This document shows positions 12,621-26,135 of a DNA stretch of 64,000 nucleotides, piece by piece. Below the pieces are notes generated by a model. The model searched no databases, was not told the DNA's origin, and worked only from the letters and a program-made list of their open reading frames with translations. The position numbers and the translations under genes were made by a program. Numbering within the stretch: the stretch's first letter is position 1; each line of letters opens with the position of its first letter. Source of the stretch: Azolla caroliniana (lineage: Eukaryota; Plantae; Polypodiophyta); NCBI GenBank assembly GCA_043228905.1, contig JBHGNT010000017.1:1426001-1490000 (forward strand), written 5' to 3'.

Positions 12621-13684
12621 TACTAACTGTTTCCAATTTCAAAAAACAAGTTCCCTCAAAAGCCGGCCAGCCGGCCAACCCTTTCTCTTCTTCTTCTTCT
12701 TCTTGCCTTCTTTACTCTTTTTGTCTGTTTTCAGTTGCCGACTTTGTCGACCGGTTGGTTCTTGTCCTTGCCGTGTCACGATTCGGTTTGTTGTGGTCGT
12801 GAATCGTGATCGTGGTTGTCTCGAACTCCAAAAAAACACATACTGCCGAATAGAACAATCGTACATACCTCCGATTCCCTGAATGCTTCACATTGTGAGA
12901 AATCTGTGTAATGCACACAACACTTGAGCACTCACTCGTTTGAGGCCTCCTCATTGTTTCGGGCCCTTCCTTTTATAGCTCCAACTCGATCATGAATAGT
13001 ATGGGAAGCAATGCGCATGTTAGCGAAAAACAAGTGTTGGACGAATCTGCGCATATTTGAACCACACCCTATCAAATGTGGTCACGATAGGAGTGTGGAA
13101 AGCAACATGGCTATAGTAAGAAAGTCCACATATAAGGAAATTACCATCGAGCTTGATAGACTGAATGCTTTTTGTAAGTCGCATGAGCTCCTTTGTGCCT
13201 TTAGAAGAAATACTATTGGAAACCCGCAAGGTGTAGACTCGTTGGCCTTATAGGTGACCAAATGTGCAAAATCATTAGGGTCATAAATTTAAGTTGTATT
13301 AGACAAGGGATCTTCTCTTCCATGCTAGTGCACTAGCCAACAAGGCAAGAGAAAGGTATTATGATTAATTGAAACGTGAGATTGCTTCAACCACAATCCG
13401 TTTCCACATAGATTATGTGTCCCCCTTTCCACATAGATGATGTGTAAGCTCACTAAGACAAATTGTGCTACAAGCCTTTTAGCATCTCAATTATAGGGGA
13501 TACACACCAAAGGTGGGTTGCAAGGGCAAAAGGCTAAGCCAAGGCAAATGAGTTTGTCTAAATGGTCTCTATATTACTTTTGAGTTATTCACCAATATAC
13601 AAAACCATATTAGAGGATAATCATAATGATGTGATACATGTGTTTTAATTGAAACCACTTTGTTTCTAGTACTTGAATGAATTG

Positions 13685-13707
13685 AAACCCTAAACCCTAA
13701 ACCCTAA
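13685..13707. repeat. Interstitial plant telomeric repeat (AAACCCT)x3
   Basis: aaaccctaaaccctaaaccctaa. Confidence 0.85.
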
Positions 13708-14867
13708 CTACTCTGAGACACCTATGTCAAGGACATGGTGATGTATCTTGGCTTCCATGTCTTGACTGTAGTAGTTTGTGAATGCCTATGTGCATTGTGA
13801 AGTTCTTTAATAGAAGTAATTGTTTCAGAAAAATTATTTTTGAAGACGAATGTTGAACTACGTATAATGGGACAAATCTACAATATACCAAAGCCTGGTG
13901 ATGTTAATCACAACTATTCTTTAAGTAAAGACTCCTTTTTGTATGAAATTTTGTGAAGTTCATTATATTAAGGACAATATTACACAATAGTTTTGGCCAA
14001 CTCACACCTTACATGCCAAATACGTGGGAATGAGGTGTGATTCCCTAATGGAAACACATGATATTGAAGTAATTCCCTGAAGGAAACTCATGAGTAAGCT
14101 TTTTCGATGAAGAAATGATTGCCAAAGGCTTGGCCGATTGTCTCAAGAGGATTCATTAAATCCTCGTTTTTTTAGCTTGGTTTCAATTATCTCTTTGGTC
14201 TAGTCAAAATATGGTATGATGTGGTTCGCCAAAAGTTGAATGCGATTAGAGCTTCAATCACCAAACCATAAATTCTAAAACTTAGTACATTAGTAATCAA
14301 TGAGAAATTGTTTTAGACCTCTATAACGTTAATCGATATATCCTAGACATTGACAAGTCTATATCTCCACCCCAAAATCAATTTGTCATCTTTTAGAAAC
14401 TATATACAATATGCAAGATTCCATGACCTTGGGTATTAATAATCCAAGGAAATGAAAGAACTTAAAACCTTTATATGTTAAAGTTAAATAATATTTAGGT
14501 TTCATGACGTGATCTTAAAACATTGGCATTAGTGATACATTTGTTTAATCACATGATAGGAGTTTTCCATTCCTCTTGAAACCCACAACATGCAACCAAG
14601 AGTCAGAACATTCTATAAACTTCACACATATTTAAGGTAAAGGCAAACATCTTACCCCAAGCCCCAACCATAGAATCAATATGGGGTCACCATTGAAGCT
14701 TGGAGTAAAAAACAAATGACTTATCTCAAATCCCATGGTCAATGTCCCACGAGATTCTACCATGCCTATTGAGTGCAAGACATAGAGTTCAAGAGTAGTG
14801 ATATTTTCCCTTAATAATAAGGATCTAGATGTCTTGTTTATAAGATTACCAAATGCTCCCATAGTAC

Positions 14868-15141
14868 TAGGAATTGGCAATGGTTCAGTTTCGGCTTCAC
14901 CGGTTTGGCCTTGGCCCTTGTCCAAACCAAACCGGTATGAGAGTTTCAAACTTGAACCAAATTGGTTCTTAAAATGGTTTAGCGTCAACCGGTTTGGACA
15001 AACTGTTTAAGCATTAACTAGTTTAGGAATCGGTTTGGCCCTAAATGGTTCGGTTCGGCTTGAGCCTTGCCAAACCAAGTTCAAACTAGTTAAGTAGGCT
15101 GAAACCTAAACCGAGCTGAGCCAAGCTGTTGCCGATTCCTA
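14868..15141. mobile_element. hAT-type MITE (~274 bp)
   Basis: TIR taggaattggcaa / ttgccgattccta, subterminal cggtt/aaccg motifs, 8-bp TSD catagtac / cctagtac (1 mismatch). Confidence 0.8.
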
Positions 15142-17143
15142 CCTAGTACAGAGTGTGTTCACAAGCTAAAAGTCACTATGTGCCATTAGAATGATAATGC
15201 ATATCTAGGTGAGATGCATAAGGATATAATGTATCATTGTCTGGTTCTCATCATCGATGTTGCCGACAATTTAAATGCTTGTAGCATCAAAGCTAGCAAA
15301 ATGGTGTAGTGATCTAGGAGATTCCCTAATGGACGGCCTCAGGACATTGTTTCCAATTGATTAGAAACTTGAATTGAGATTCACAGTAGGTTTAATGTTT
15401 TTTCCTTTTGATAAAAAATGAATTTGGGTTATTATGGAACATACCTTGACGTATTTATGAAAATGTGGAATTTCCTTGAATGGAGTTGCTTAATCATACT
15501 TTCCATGTTGCCCTTAGATCGTTAATGTGTAACGTGAGATGAATGATAATATGCAAAGGCAATTCTAATTAATTAGTTAATTCTTTATTATTTTGAATGG
15601 TTCACAATACTATCAAGAAGAAAATGGCTTTTGATAGTTGGGAAGTTGTCGCGCCATCTACTAAGCAAAATGGTAAAACCAAATAATGGTTGTATTTATA
15701 TCATAACACTTAGACCTTTCTAACATGTAAATATGGAAGGAATGATATCATCAAATTCTCTGATATTGACATTAATCTCTCAATAGTTAAATCACCATAT
15801 TCCATTGGACAATTGTTGCACAAAAGACTCAACTCAAACGACCAAACAATGAATATAAACGTTCAACTTATAAATTATGGCACATCCAAGATAATGGAAA
15901 TTACAATATCATTGAACATGAAGTTCCCATGTCCAGGACACGTGTCCAATCTCTTGGTCTTCAAATGACCCTTAATTCTCATTTTAAACATGACCGTTCC
16001 AAAATTATTTTCTTAAATCACATGTGAAGAAATAAAATAAGGAGTAGGGTTGTTTTCTTGAAAAAAGAGAGTAGGGTTGTCATTTAGGCAACAAAATGTG
16101 CACTATCCGTCAATCCTCGGAAACAATATATTGGCATTAGGAAGGATTGCTACTAATTCAAATTCATACTGCAATTTTCACGAAATGCCCAGAAATATTG
16201 GCATTCGTGCACATATTTCGTTACTCTTCTAAAGGATCTACATGTAGGGAATCAAGGATTCATAAAACCATGGATTCTTGAATCCCATTAACCATTAATT
16301 ATCAATTGGCTTTTGAATACCATGTATGAGCACCTACTTTATAAACATTGTCCATATTATCCTCCCTTCATTCCATCATGACTATGGATCTGCCCTTCGC
16401 AAAATGCACAAAACCATTTCTCTACAAGGTTAAAATAAAAACCTCTTCGGATCAAAATTGGGTTTTCTTGTATCTTAAAAACTATTTGATTAGTTACACA
16501 TTATATTTTGCAATTATTAACTTGCACTTAATGTGGTATGTGGAAGCTATATGCACAAAAATGTGGGTCGTAAGTATATTGTATCAAGACATGCATACAT
16601 GTGAATCTGTGATCCACACTAAACGTATGGATGTGCGATGTGCATATAAAAAACATACATATGTACGTCTATATATGTACATACATTGATACGTACATAC
16701 AAGTACATGCATACATATATACATGCATGCATACATACATACATACATTCAAATTTTCAACCATCCATGCTTTCTAGACATTGACATACGTACATATAGA
16801 TTTTACTGTTTTTTTGGTTAGCTTTTTTTGACCCTACTCAATAAATATGTGGTTCAGTTGCTAAGGAGCTAACACATTTTAATAGGGGTCAACAACAACA
16901 AACTAAGGATGGAGAAGGAACAAGAGGAAGCATATATAAGACAGAAGGAGAAAACAAACACAAAGAAGAAGACAAAGTGTGGGAGGGAACACATGTCTGT
17001 GTGAAGTGAGAAAAAATGGGGATGGTAGGAAGGAAAGAGAAAAACAGGGGGGGTTTGAAGAGAACACAGGATTTGACATTTCATGAAGAGAATAGAGGAT
17101 TTGGCAATTTATCATATTTCATTCATTAACAAATAAGCTCCAA

Positions 17144-18130
17144 ATGGGCGATCCCATTAGAGGAGGATTGAGAAGCATCATTGGGCATTCCATCTCCCAA
17201 CAAAACCCATTGGCCACCCTCACCTTCACACTCCTCACCCTCCCTCTTTCATTCCTCCTCCTCTTCCTCCTCTCCTTCACCATACTCCATCCAATTGACA
17301 ACAATCGGCTTCATGTCCCCGACAACCCATTGGTCCGTGCCCCCAGATCTGGATCTGGCCATTGGACCCATGGACATGATGACATCCTCCTTGCCGCGAT
17401 CCTATCGGCTTACCTTGTCCTTATCCTAGTGTTCCGTGTAGTGTCGACCACCGGCATTGTGTATAGCATTGCTTCCACATTCCACTTGCACCGCCCATTC
17501 GCACTCGGGCTCGGGCCTGTCCCCATTGCCACAAACATACCCTACATATTGTGCCGCGCCCTCGTCACTTACCTATGGTCTTTCACATTCGTCTTCTTCC
17601 TCGCCGGCCTCTTTCTCGCAGCTCTACTCTTGGTCGACATATCGTTCTCCTTCGGACCCATGTCCGCATCCATTGGGGCTTGGATTGTTGTCCTTGTCTT
17701 CCTTGGGGCACTCTTCCGTACCACTTGTGTCTTTGGCCTCGCGAGCATTGTCTCAGTTCTTGAGCAATCCACATATGGCCTTGGGGCAATCAACAAGTGT
17801 GTATTCTTCCTTCTCAAGGGACGGGGTGTTGTAGCTTCCTCTTTGTATGTTCTCTATCTCATCTTTGCCTTCGGTGTTCTTGTCGCCTTCGATTTCACCC
17901 AAATGAATGTGGTACACCCAGCTTTACGTGTGCTCGTGGCGTTTGCGTTTGCTTTTGTTCTTGCTTTCGTCGACCAAATGGGCATGGTGTCATTTACAAT
18001 GCTATACTTTCATTGCAAAGCATACCACAATGAAAGTGTTGACCTTGAACATCTTGATGCTAATTGCTCCTGTGAATGTCTTGATGTTGGAGATCCTTCC
18101 CTCCCAATCGAAACCACTCAACAAGCTTAA
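17144..18130 (+). CDS. Single-exon multi-pass membrane protein, At1g31130/At4g19950-like uncharacterised family
   Basis: 328-aa intact ORF with several hydrophobic helices. Family motifs 'LASIVSVLE..YGLGAINK..LLKGR' and 'TMLYFHCKAYHNESVD'. Confidence 0.85.
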   Translation: MGDPIRGGLRSIIGHSISQQNPLATLTFTLLTLPLSFLLLFLLSFTILHPIDNNRLHVPDNPLVRAPRSGSGHWTHGHDDILLAAILSAYLVLILVFRVVSTTGIVYSIASTFHLHRPFALGLGPVPIATNIPYILCRALVTYLWSFTFVFFLAGLFLAALLLVDISFSFGPMSASIGAWIVVLVFLGALFRTTCVFGLASIVSVLEQSTYGLGAINKCVFFLLKGRGVVASSLYVLYLIFAFGVLVAFDFTQMNVVHPALRVLVAFAFAFVLAFVDQMGMVSFTMLYFHCKAYHNESVDLEHLDANCSCECLDVGDPSLPIETTQQA

Positions 18131-19264
18131 GTATCTCTCGTGATTTCACATTCATCGAAGAGCGGGCTTCTTCTTCTTTAATTGAGTGTTGTTTGCTAGG
18201 ATCGAGTCTTCAATTTCGACGGGTTGCTTGGTGTCTCACAATATTGTTTGTCTAAGGAGATATCATCTTCATTGGGTTTAAGGAGATATCATCTTTATTG
18301 TAATATGAAGCAAATCTATGCCCGAGGCCAAGGTTAACAAGGTGTTCATTTCGGAGTTATAATTACGTGTTGTAATGGAGTTTCAACTATGTGATGGAAT
18401 CCTCATTAACTTTTAATGGTTTGGATGGCTTCATGGCCATAGGTCCTAACAAAACGGTTGTTATACACTGCTTGACATTCAAATATTTTGTTGAGAGTTA
18501 ACAACGATGATGTACACAAATTTTCCAATGGCAAAGAGACACATCAAAGAAAAAAATTTGGTATGTGACACATCTAGCAGGTAGCCACCCATCTTGAATC
18601 ATGAAAAATTGTACAATAGATTTCAATGAAATTGGCATAAAGTAATTTATGGTATTATAAAATAGAATAAAACTTTACATAATAGTGACATTGCTTAACC
18701 ACCGGATGTGAACATCAAATTTGGGCTCCTAAAATCCCCTATGCACTATTATAGAACCATAGTGTGTAGACATGGGCCTAAACAAAAAAAACATGGAAAT
18801 TTACCTTTTGTAAAATGCCTTTTGAGCCCATGACCATGATTCACAAGCCCAAATTGTGAATAAAACAAGAAAAGCAATGCATGTTTAGTGATTACGACAC
18901 AAAATCCCTAGTAATGAAAAAGAAAGAAAGAGAGACTTGAAGTGATGTAACCCCAAAAGATGTTCGATGGAGAGGTCGACAACCAACGTTGAAACAACTA
19001 GTAGTAGTAACTGCAATCTCTAAGAAACACTTTTGCCTCAAAGATATATATATATATATATCGGATGGCCATAATGGGATTATGTTTTTTGACTATATGC
19101 CATTTTCTAAAGGTATTTTGGGTCACATCCACAAATTTCGGTTGTTGAATAGATTCTGAGATTCGATTATAAAAAAATTCTATTAATCTTACAAGTATGG
19201 GAGGAGTTGAGCACTTAAAATTCCAACCAAATAGAAAATCATATATTAAAAGAAAATTTGTGCA

Positions 19265-19566
19265 TGTGAAGTTGGTCGGAAGACTTGGTCTCTTAGAAAC
19301 TAATGTGTTGTCCCTAGGTTGTGCCAACCGGGACATAGTCTCAATTTGAACTGGGACTCATCACCAAGGGGGCCAAGTCCCAGTCCCAAAGAAGCCGTAC
19401 ATTGGTTTGCAACAACTTAGTCCGAAGGGGACCAACCAATGGCTATCCACCCCAACAACCAGTCCAAATGGCCATATTTGGCCTATATAAGGAGGATTAT
19501 TCCGCATTTTACAACCATTACCATATTTTGAGATTCATTCTTAGTCTTTCGTATTTCCTCATCACA
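19265..19566 (+). mobile_element. Solo LTR upstream of UGT copy 1
   Basis: Ends tgtga...tcaca, direct repeat tgtgca on both sides (19259-19264, 19567-19572), internal TATA 'cctatataagg' at ~19482. Confidence 0.7.
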
Positions 19567-19982
19567 TGTGCAAATGCCCCAAATGCCCCAATGAATGTAG
19601 CTCAAAAAGAGAAGCGATTGATTAGGAGCACTTTTTTTTTTCTTCTAAAAGAGGTTGAAGAGATTAGGGTTCAAAAAGCTTGACAAAAGGTACTTTAGAA
19701 GTTGCCCAAGCATAAAAGGAAACCCACAAAGGAAATATAAAAAATAAAGAGACACATGCTATAAGACAAAGATCAAAAGGCCACAATGGACAAATATATT
19801 GTTGACTGTGGCATATTGTAAAGGTATCTTGGATCATGTCCACAAATTTCGCATGCCCAATAGACTCCTAAATCTCGATTAATCAGATTCTGATCAGAAT
19901 GTCTGTATTGGTCTTTAAAAGTATGGGAAGGGCTTGGAGCCTTTAGGGTTAGGGTTCGGAAGAGGGCTGAGGTTGAGCAGCC

Positions 19983-21884
19983 ATGGCCACATCAGTGGAT
20001 TCAGCTGTGGACTTAGCCTGTCATGGTAGTAAGAGATCTCGTGCCCTCTTCATTCCCTACCCAGTGCATGGACAGATCAATCCAATGATGCATTTTGCCA
20101 AGACACTCACCAATCATGACCAAAACCTTCACGTCACCTTCATCAACAATTACCACTACCACACTCGCCTCATGGCCAAGCTACATCATGGCCATGGAAG
20201 CCCATCCACCACTCAGGAAGCTTCTGGAAGCCCATCGCCCATGGGAGAAGTAGTCACAGAAGAATTGGGTCGGAGGGGGTTCTCTGAGGAGACCTTGGTA
20301 CAACCCAACATTGGTTTGGTTTGTGTGGACAATGGCCTCCCTACCGATTATGACTATGTCACTGCCCAGGATTCTCCTGACAGGATGAGAGTGATCTTCG
20401 AGAGTTGTTCATTCATGTCCAAAAACATCAAGCTCTTCATCCAGCATTTGGAGGAGAACGAGAAGCAAAGCTGTTACACCAAAGTTTCCTTCATAGCTGT
20501 CGGTATCTTTTGTGATTGGGCTATGGAGGTAGGCGTCGATCTCGGCATTCCCACTGTCCTTTTCTCTACCCAATCCACAACTGCGTTGAGCATGTATTTG
20601 CACGTTCATCTGCTTACCTCCAATGGCTTCTTCAGTCAAGGTTAGTTACTCAAAAATAATTCATTTTGTGCTTGAATCTTCTTCATGAACTTTGTCTCCA
20701 ATCTCCAATGTTTCCAAGTGATGTAGACATGGTTTAGGCTATCATTTCCCCATATCTAAGAAGAGAGGGATATATGCACAGAGATAATATTATATATAGA
20801 GAGAGACTATGTCTCTGACTCATGAGATATTATAAGAGCTTATCCAATTGCTTAGCCAAGAACGTGTTCTGATATTTGTAATCTTTTGTTAATTGTTTCA
20901 TTGAATGATGTTAAACACAAACCCTGTGCTTCATCTGTGTCAGATACCAAGTTTGATGAGGAGCAAAACCCAAAGCTTTATGGCCAAGATGCAAAAGATC
21001 AGCTCGTGACTTACTTACCTGGTATACCCGGTCTCCCGCCTTCGAGCTTCCCCACATTCATGCACGTGCACGATACATCGAGTCTTTTTATCGAGTTCCT
21101 CAAGTCATATTCCGACAAACTAAAGCTTTACAATGCAATCTTAATGAATACTTTCGAGGAGTTGGAAGGAGAAGCATCCCGTGCACTCGAGTCAGAGTTC
21201 CATATCCCCGTCTATCCGATAGGACCCGTGCTTCCGATGGGCTCGAAAATGAAGCAAGAAGATGAGAATGCTTGTATCACATGGCTGGATAAGAAATCCA
21301 AGCATTCGGTTGTGTACATTTCCTTTGGAAGCCTATGCACTCCTTCGGTCGAGCTCATCAAGAGTATAGCCGAGGGAATCAAGGCGAGCAAACAACCTTA
21401 CTTGTGGGCACTTAGGCCCTCTAACTTGTGGCCTTCCAGCAATGTGTATGAGTTATTACCGGAGCATTTCTCCGAAGAAACGGATGGCCTTATCATTCCA
21501 TGGGCGCCTCAACTCGATGTTCTCGCTCACTCATCAGTTGGTGCCTTCCTTACGCATTGCGGATGGAATTCAACATTGGAGAGCATGAGCATGGGGGTGC
21601 CCATGATCCCTATACCTATTAAAGTTGACCAAACTACAAATTGTAGGCTTATTATAGATATATGGAAGGTGGGTGTGAAGGTGAAGTTTGTACTACGTTC
21701 GGATGGACCTATTGTGAGTAGTGATGATGTCGAGAGGGCTGTGAATTTGTTCTTTCATGACGATGAAGGCAGTGAAATGAGAAGCAGAGCTCAAAAGTTT
21801 AAAACAGCTATAGAGAGGGCTACACAATGTGGTGGCACATCATATACTAACATAGAAAGGTTCATCCACTCATTCGAAACATAA
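19983..21884 (+). CDS. UDP-glycosyltransferase (GT1) copy 1, 532 aa
   Basis: join(19983..20640,20944..21884), phase-1 GT-AG intron. PSPG box WAPQLDVLAHSSVGAFLTHCGWNSTLESMSMGVPMIPIPIKVDQ; SVVYISFGS motif. Confidence 0.95.
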
Positions 21885-22056
21885 TCCTCCAAAGCCATTT
21901 ATCATCATCATTTTATTCCATGATTTTGTGTATCCATCCCATAAATAGTTTTTGTAAGTTCAAAAGGTAAGGCTAATTTAAGAGTGTTGGGATAAAAGTC
22001 CCACTCTACCCAAATTGTATTCTTAGTGTGAACACACTTAGGGCTCACTTAACCTC

Positions 22057-23719
22057 TATAGATTTACATATTCGTATTCGTCAGGTTTCTCATTCGAATG
22101 CAAACGAATACGAATACGAATGGGTGGTCAAGTATTTGTTGAACTCCAAAAAAATAAACTTTGTCTTTTTTAATTTCTTATGATAATAAAAAGGAACTTG
22201 ACAATAAATAGGGATTATAAAAGAGGGACTTGGGGATTTGTCATTACTAAATTTTTATAATAAATGTATAACTTATAAATTATAAATATTTGTTTTATTG
22301 TTAATAAATAAATAAAATAAAATAAAGGGTCATTAATTTTTCGCTTTTTATTCCTTCTAAATTTATGGATATTTTTATTTTTACATTAAAAATAGTACTT
22401 CAAACTGATCGTATATTCAAAGTTTATACTAATCATATTTGTATAGTAAATATAAAAATATTCGTTTTATAATTTTTTGTATTTCTTGGACTTTAAGAAA
22501 TATATGATGATTAAGTATTCAATTTATATGATTTCATTATCTTTGTCGGGTAGTTATGTTTATTTGTGTATTTTCTATAGTAATAAAATGTATAATAATG
22601 AAGCATCATATAGAGCTTTTCATTATTAAAACTTGTACGCCAAATGACATATTAGTTTTTGCACTCTCATGTCATATGACATACATCTTTAAAAAATGCC
22701 CGTAAAAAAACTTAAAGACTAACCCGTCAAATTCAGGCCCTAGATCCATGTTTCTCTTTACTTTCTTAAATAGCCTTTAATTTTTGTTATTTCTCCAAAT
22801 GTCCAAATCTATGGATTAAGCACCTAATTGTTGAAGTGCATAATTGTTTGAAATTGGGGTCAACCAATGTCAAGTAAAGCAGTTTTGAAAAAGTAGGGGC
22901 ATTTGCAAGTTTTAACCTATTCAAAATAATGAATAAATTAAGGATTATGTCAGTGGTTCACATTTGATAATTTAATTTGCTTCTATCAACTTTAGGTTTG
23001 TTCAATCCTCAAAACTCATGTTCTTCATTGTTGACAAAAATTTCTCCTTTACTTAGTGGAGAAATATTTTGCACCTCATCACCACCAACTTTTGTGTATG
23101 TTCCATGCATGTAAAAGTAACCTATCATCTTCAATGGATTACCATGTCCTACACATTATCTATTTGTAAGATGCTATATGTTTTATAAATGAGAATGTGA
23201 TTTTTCGTTACAAGTGGAGCTAATGATGCACAAGCGGTTGCAAAGGAGTTGAGCATGTTGTTACAAAATGAGCATGGTAAGGAAATTTTGGCTCCGTTAC
23301 ATATGTTACTGTGTATGGTACATACTTTTTAGTTGGGGCATCAAGTCAACTTTAGAGGTTATCTCACCCTCAACAGAAAAGTTGAGAACAGTTCTCTCGA
23401 CTATAAGATCTAGTAAGGTTTGAAGGGAAGTATTTAGGAAGTATGCTAGGCTAGTTGAACATCGTGAAAGAGAACCCCCAAGGCTTGATGTTGTTACAAG
23501 AAAGAACTAACATATGCCTTTACTTTGCTCTAGGTACATATGGTTTATAAAAGAGGTAACCGAAAAAAATTCTAGAACATTTAATACCATGCTTCATGAA
23601 ACAACGTAGAAGTATAACCAAGAGAAGGATTGAAAGCATGAAAACAATAGTTGAATTGAAATTCTATGGATGTTAGGTGGATAAGGTCGAATCATGGGGT
23701 AAAAGCTTTGTATGATCAC
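22057..23719 (+). mobile_element. Degenerate hAT DNA transposon remnant (left end plus transposase traces)
   Basis: Left end 'tatagatttacatattcg..ttcgaatgcaaacgaatacg' matches the MITE at 36493. Decayed transposase motifs at ~23310 'HMLLCMVHTF*LG' (cf. C.AH.LNL) and ~23480 'RLDVVTRKN' (cf. LDV.TRWNS). Confidence 0.6.
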
Positions 23720-24263
23720 TAGCAATGGGCACGGTTTTGGCTAAAACGGAACCGTTAAGCCATGGTTTAACAGTTTATTGGTTCCAAAAAAATTTAATAG
23801 TTTGGATTCTCGATAAACGGTTCGGTTTCGGTTCTAAAACTCGGGTTATAGGTTTACAGGTTTTTGGTTAACTTTTTTTTTTTACCTTAATAGTTTATTG
23901 ATGTAATGGTTTAATTAATGGTTTTTATTGATTTAATTAATTTAACTTAAATGTTTATTTAATTTAATGGTTCAATTAAAGTTTTTTTATTGATTTAATA
24001 AATTTAACTTAAATGCTTATTTAATTTAATGTATTTTTGTTTCTTTAGATGTTTAACTAGTTTGACTTAAGTGGTTAGGTTTAAATTTTTTATTAAATGG
24101 TTTGATTTGGTTTCAACTTTTCCCTAAACGGTTTGGTTTTAACTTTTTCTTAAATGGTTTGGTTTAAATAATGTGAGTTCATTAACGGTTTGGTTTGGTT
24201 TTGTTTTAAATAAACGGTTTGGTTTCTTTGCCTTGAAACCGAACCGAACCGTGCCCATTGCTA
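23720..24263. mobile_element. hAT-type MITE (544 bp)
   Basis: TIR tagcaatgggcacggtt / aaccgtgcccattgcta and perfect 8-bp TSD atgatcac. The empty site is present in the inverted duplicate at ~63931-63950. Confidence 0.93.
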
Positions 24264-25255
24264 ATGATCACCTTGCCTACTATGATCACGGTGTGAACTC
24301 ATTCTTTGCACCATATAAAGGTGAATGTACCCTTTAAATAATTGGAAGGTGAGTTATACATTGCTTGACTTTCAAATATTTTGTTGAGAGTAAACAATGA
24401 AGATGTACACACAATTTCCAATGGCAAACAGTCACAACAAAGAATTTTTTTGGGTATGTGACACATCTAGTTGCACATCTTGAATCATGAATAAGTGCAC
24501 AAGAGATTTCGATGTAATTGGCGTAAAGTAATTCGTGGTATTATGAAATACAACACGAGGTTGCATAAAGTGACATTGGTAAACCATCAGATGTGAACAT
24601 CAAATTGGGTTTCTAAAATCCCCTATGCATTATTATAGAACCATAGTGTGTAGACATGGCTCTCTAGAATCATATGCAAATTGGCTTCAACAAAAAAAAT
24701 CATGGAAAATTGCCTTTCCTAAAATGCATTTGGAGCATGTCACTCGGATTCACAAGCCCAAGTTGTCAATGCATATTCATTGGTTATGAGTTATGACACA
24801 AAATCCCTTATAATGAAAAAACATTAATACGGACTTGAAGTGATGTGACCCCAAGATCTATTCGATGGAGAGATCAACAACCGACGTTGAAAGAGCTAGT
24901 AGTAGTAACTTAGTAATCGCAATCTCTAAAAACAAAAAACACTCTTAGTGTCAAATATATATATATATATATATCTATATATATATATATATATCGAAAG
25001 GCTGCAATGGGAATATTTCTTTTGACTATATGTCATTTCCTAAAGGTATTTTGGGTCAAAATTTCACATCCCGAATAGATTCTCAAATTTCGATGCATCA
25101 GAATGTTTGCATTGGTCTTAAGAGTTTGGAAGGGCTTTGACCATTTGAAAATTAAATAACGTGCTCGAAGGACAACCATATGTTAAAAGAATAGTTACTT
25201 TTTCCTATGCCGGTTGGAAGAATTTGTTGTACCAAAATACTAGAGACAGAAGCAA

Positions 25256-25489
25256 GTGCCTTGAAAATGTCATGCCATCAACAACTTGATCCTCAAGTTT
25301 GAACGAAAAAGTGATCGATGAGAGTAGGACTAGGTGCCTTGAAAATGTCATGCCATCAACAACGTCGTCCTCAAGTTTCAACGAAAAAATGATCGATGAG
25401 AGTAGGAGCAGGTGCCTTGAAAATGTCATGCCATCAACAACGTGGTGCTCAAGCTTCAACAAGAAAGCGATCGATGAGAGCAGGAGCAC
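25256..25489. repeat. 78-bp tandem repeat x3 upstream of UGT copy 2
   Basis: gtgccttgaaaatgtcatgccatcaacaac...gatcgatgagagtaggagcag units start at 25256, 25334 and 25412. Confidence 0.92.
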
Positions 25490-25922
25490 TTTTTTTTTTT
25501 TTGTAATACAAAAGTTGAAGAAAGTAAAAGGAGATGGATTGACGGGGAGTGAAAGCTCGAAGAAAAGGTGTGTAACCAAGGGAGCGTTAAGAAGCGCGGC
25601 CAAAATACATGTCATGTCGCCTCTTTGTGCTGAACGTCTTTCAAACCTAGAGACAAGAATGATACGTTCACAACTTACAAGAAGAGAAGAGAGATACCAA
25701 GGCAGAGGACAAAAGGTATAGATAGAGAGGCACATGCACACGTGACACACATACATATATGTACCCAACAAAAATAGCCGTAAAACGAGATAAATCTCGG
25801 ACTACCGCTTAGGTTCATGGGGATTGCTTTTCCTGCACGGCACTAGGGTTTTTTGAATGGGTGGGGAAGAAAACAAAAACAAACCTAAAAAAAGCAGAAG
25901 AAAAGAAGGAAGGGGTTTGGAC

Positions 25923-25950
25923 TAGGGTTTAGGGTTTAGGGTTAGGGTTT
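25923..25950. promoter_or_regulatory. Telo-box / telomeric repeat run in UGT2 promoter
   Basis: tagggtttagggtttagggttagggttt about 190 bp before the ATG. Shorter runs at ~19943 (UGT1) and ~43195 (UGT3). Confidence 0.55.
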
Positions 25951-26135
25951 GGAAGAGGGCTTGTACAATAAGAACATGTGTAAAAAAGAGGCAGTTATTT
26001 ATTTATTTACGATGAAAGTACATGTATTTAAGTCTCCTTGCTTCTTCTTCCCCTTCAATGAAAGCTCCATAGAGAGGGGTGACAGAGAGAGAGAGATAGA
26101 GAGAGAGAAGAGGTTGAGGTTGAGGTTGAGCAGCC

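Noticed and set aside
13000-14860. Possible decayed transposase or gene
   Set aside because: No motif could be recognised with confidence.
16590-16750. ORF 16348-16689 / TACA-rich region as a gene
   Set aside because: Low-complexity microsatellite-like sequence upstream of the membrane-protein gene.
20886-20943. Separate two-gene model for each UGT (220 aa + 332 aa ORFs)
   Set aside because: These are two exons joined by a GT-AG intron that restores a single frame.
25205-25771. 188-aa and 140-aa ORFs with repeats
   Set aside because: They arise from the 78-bp (multiple of 3) tandem repeat, with no recognisable domain.
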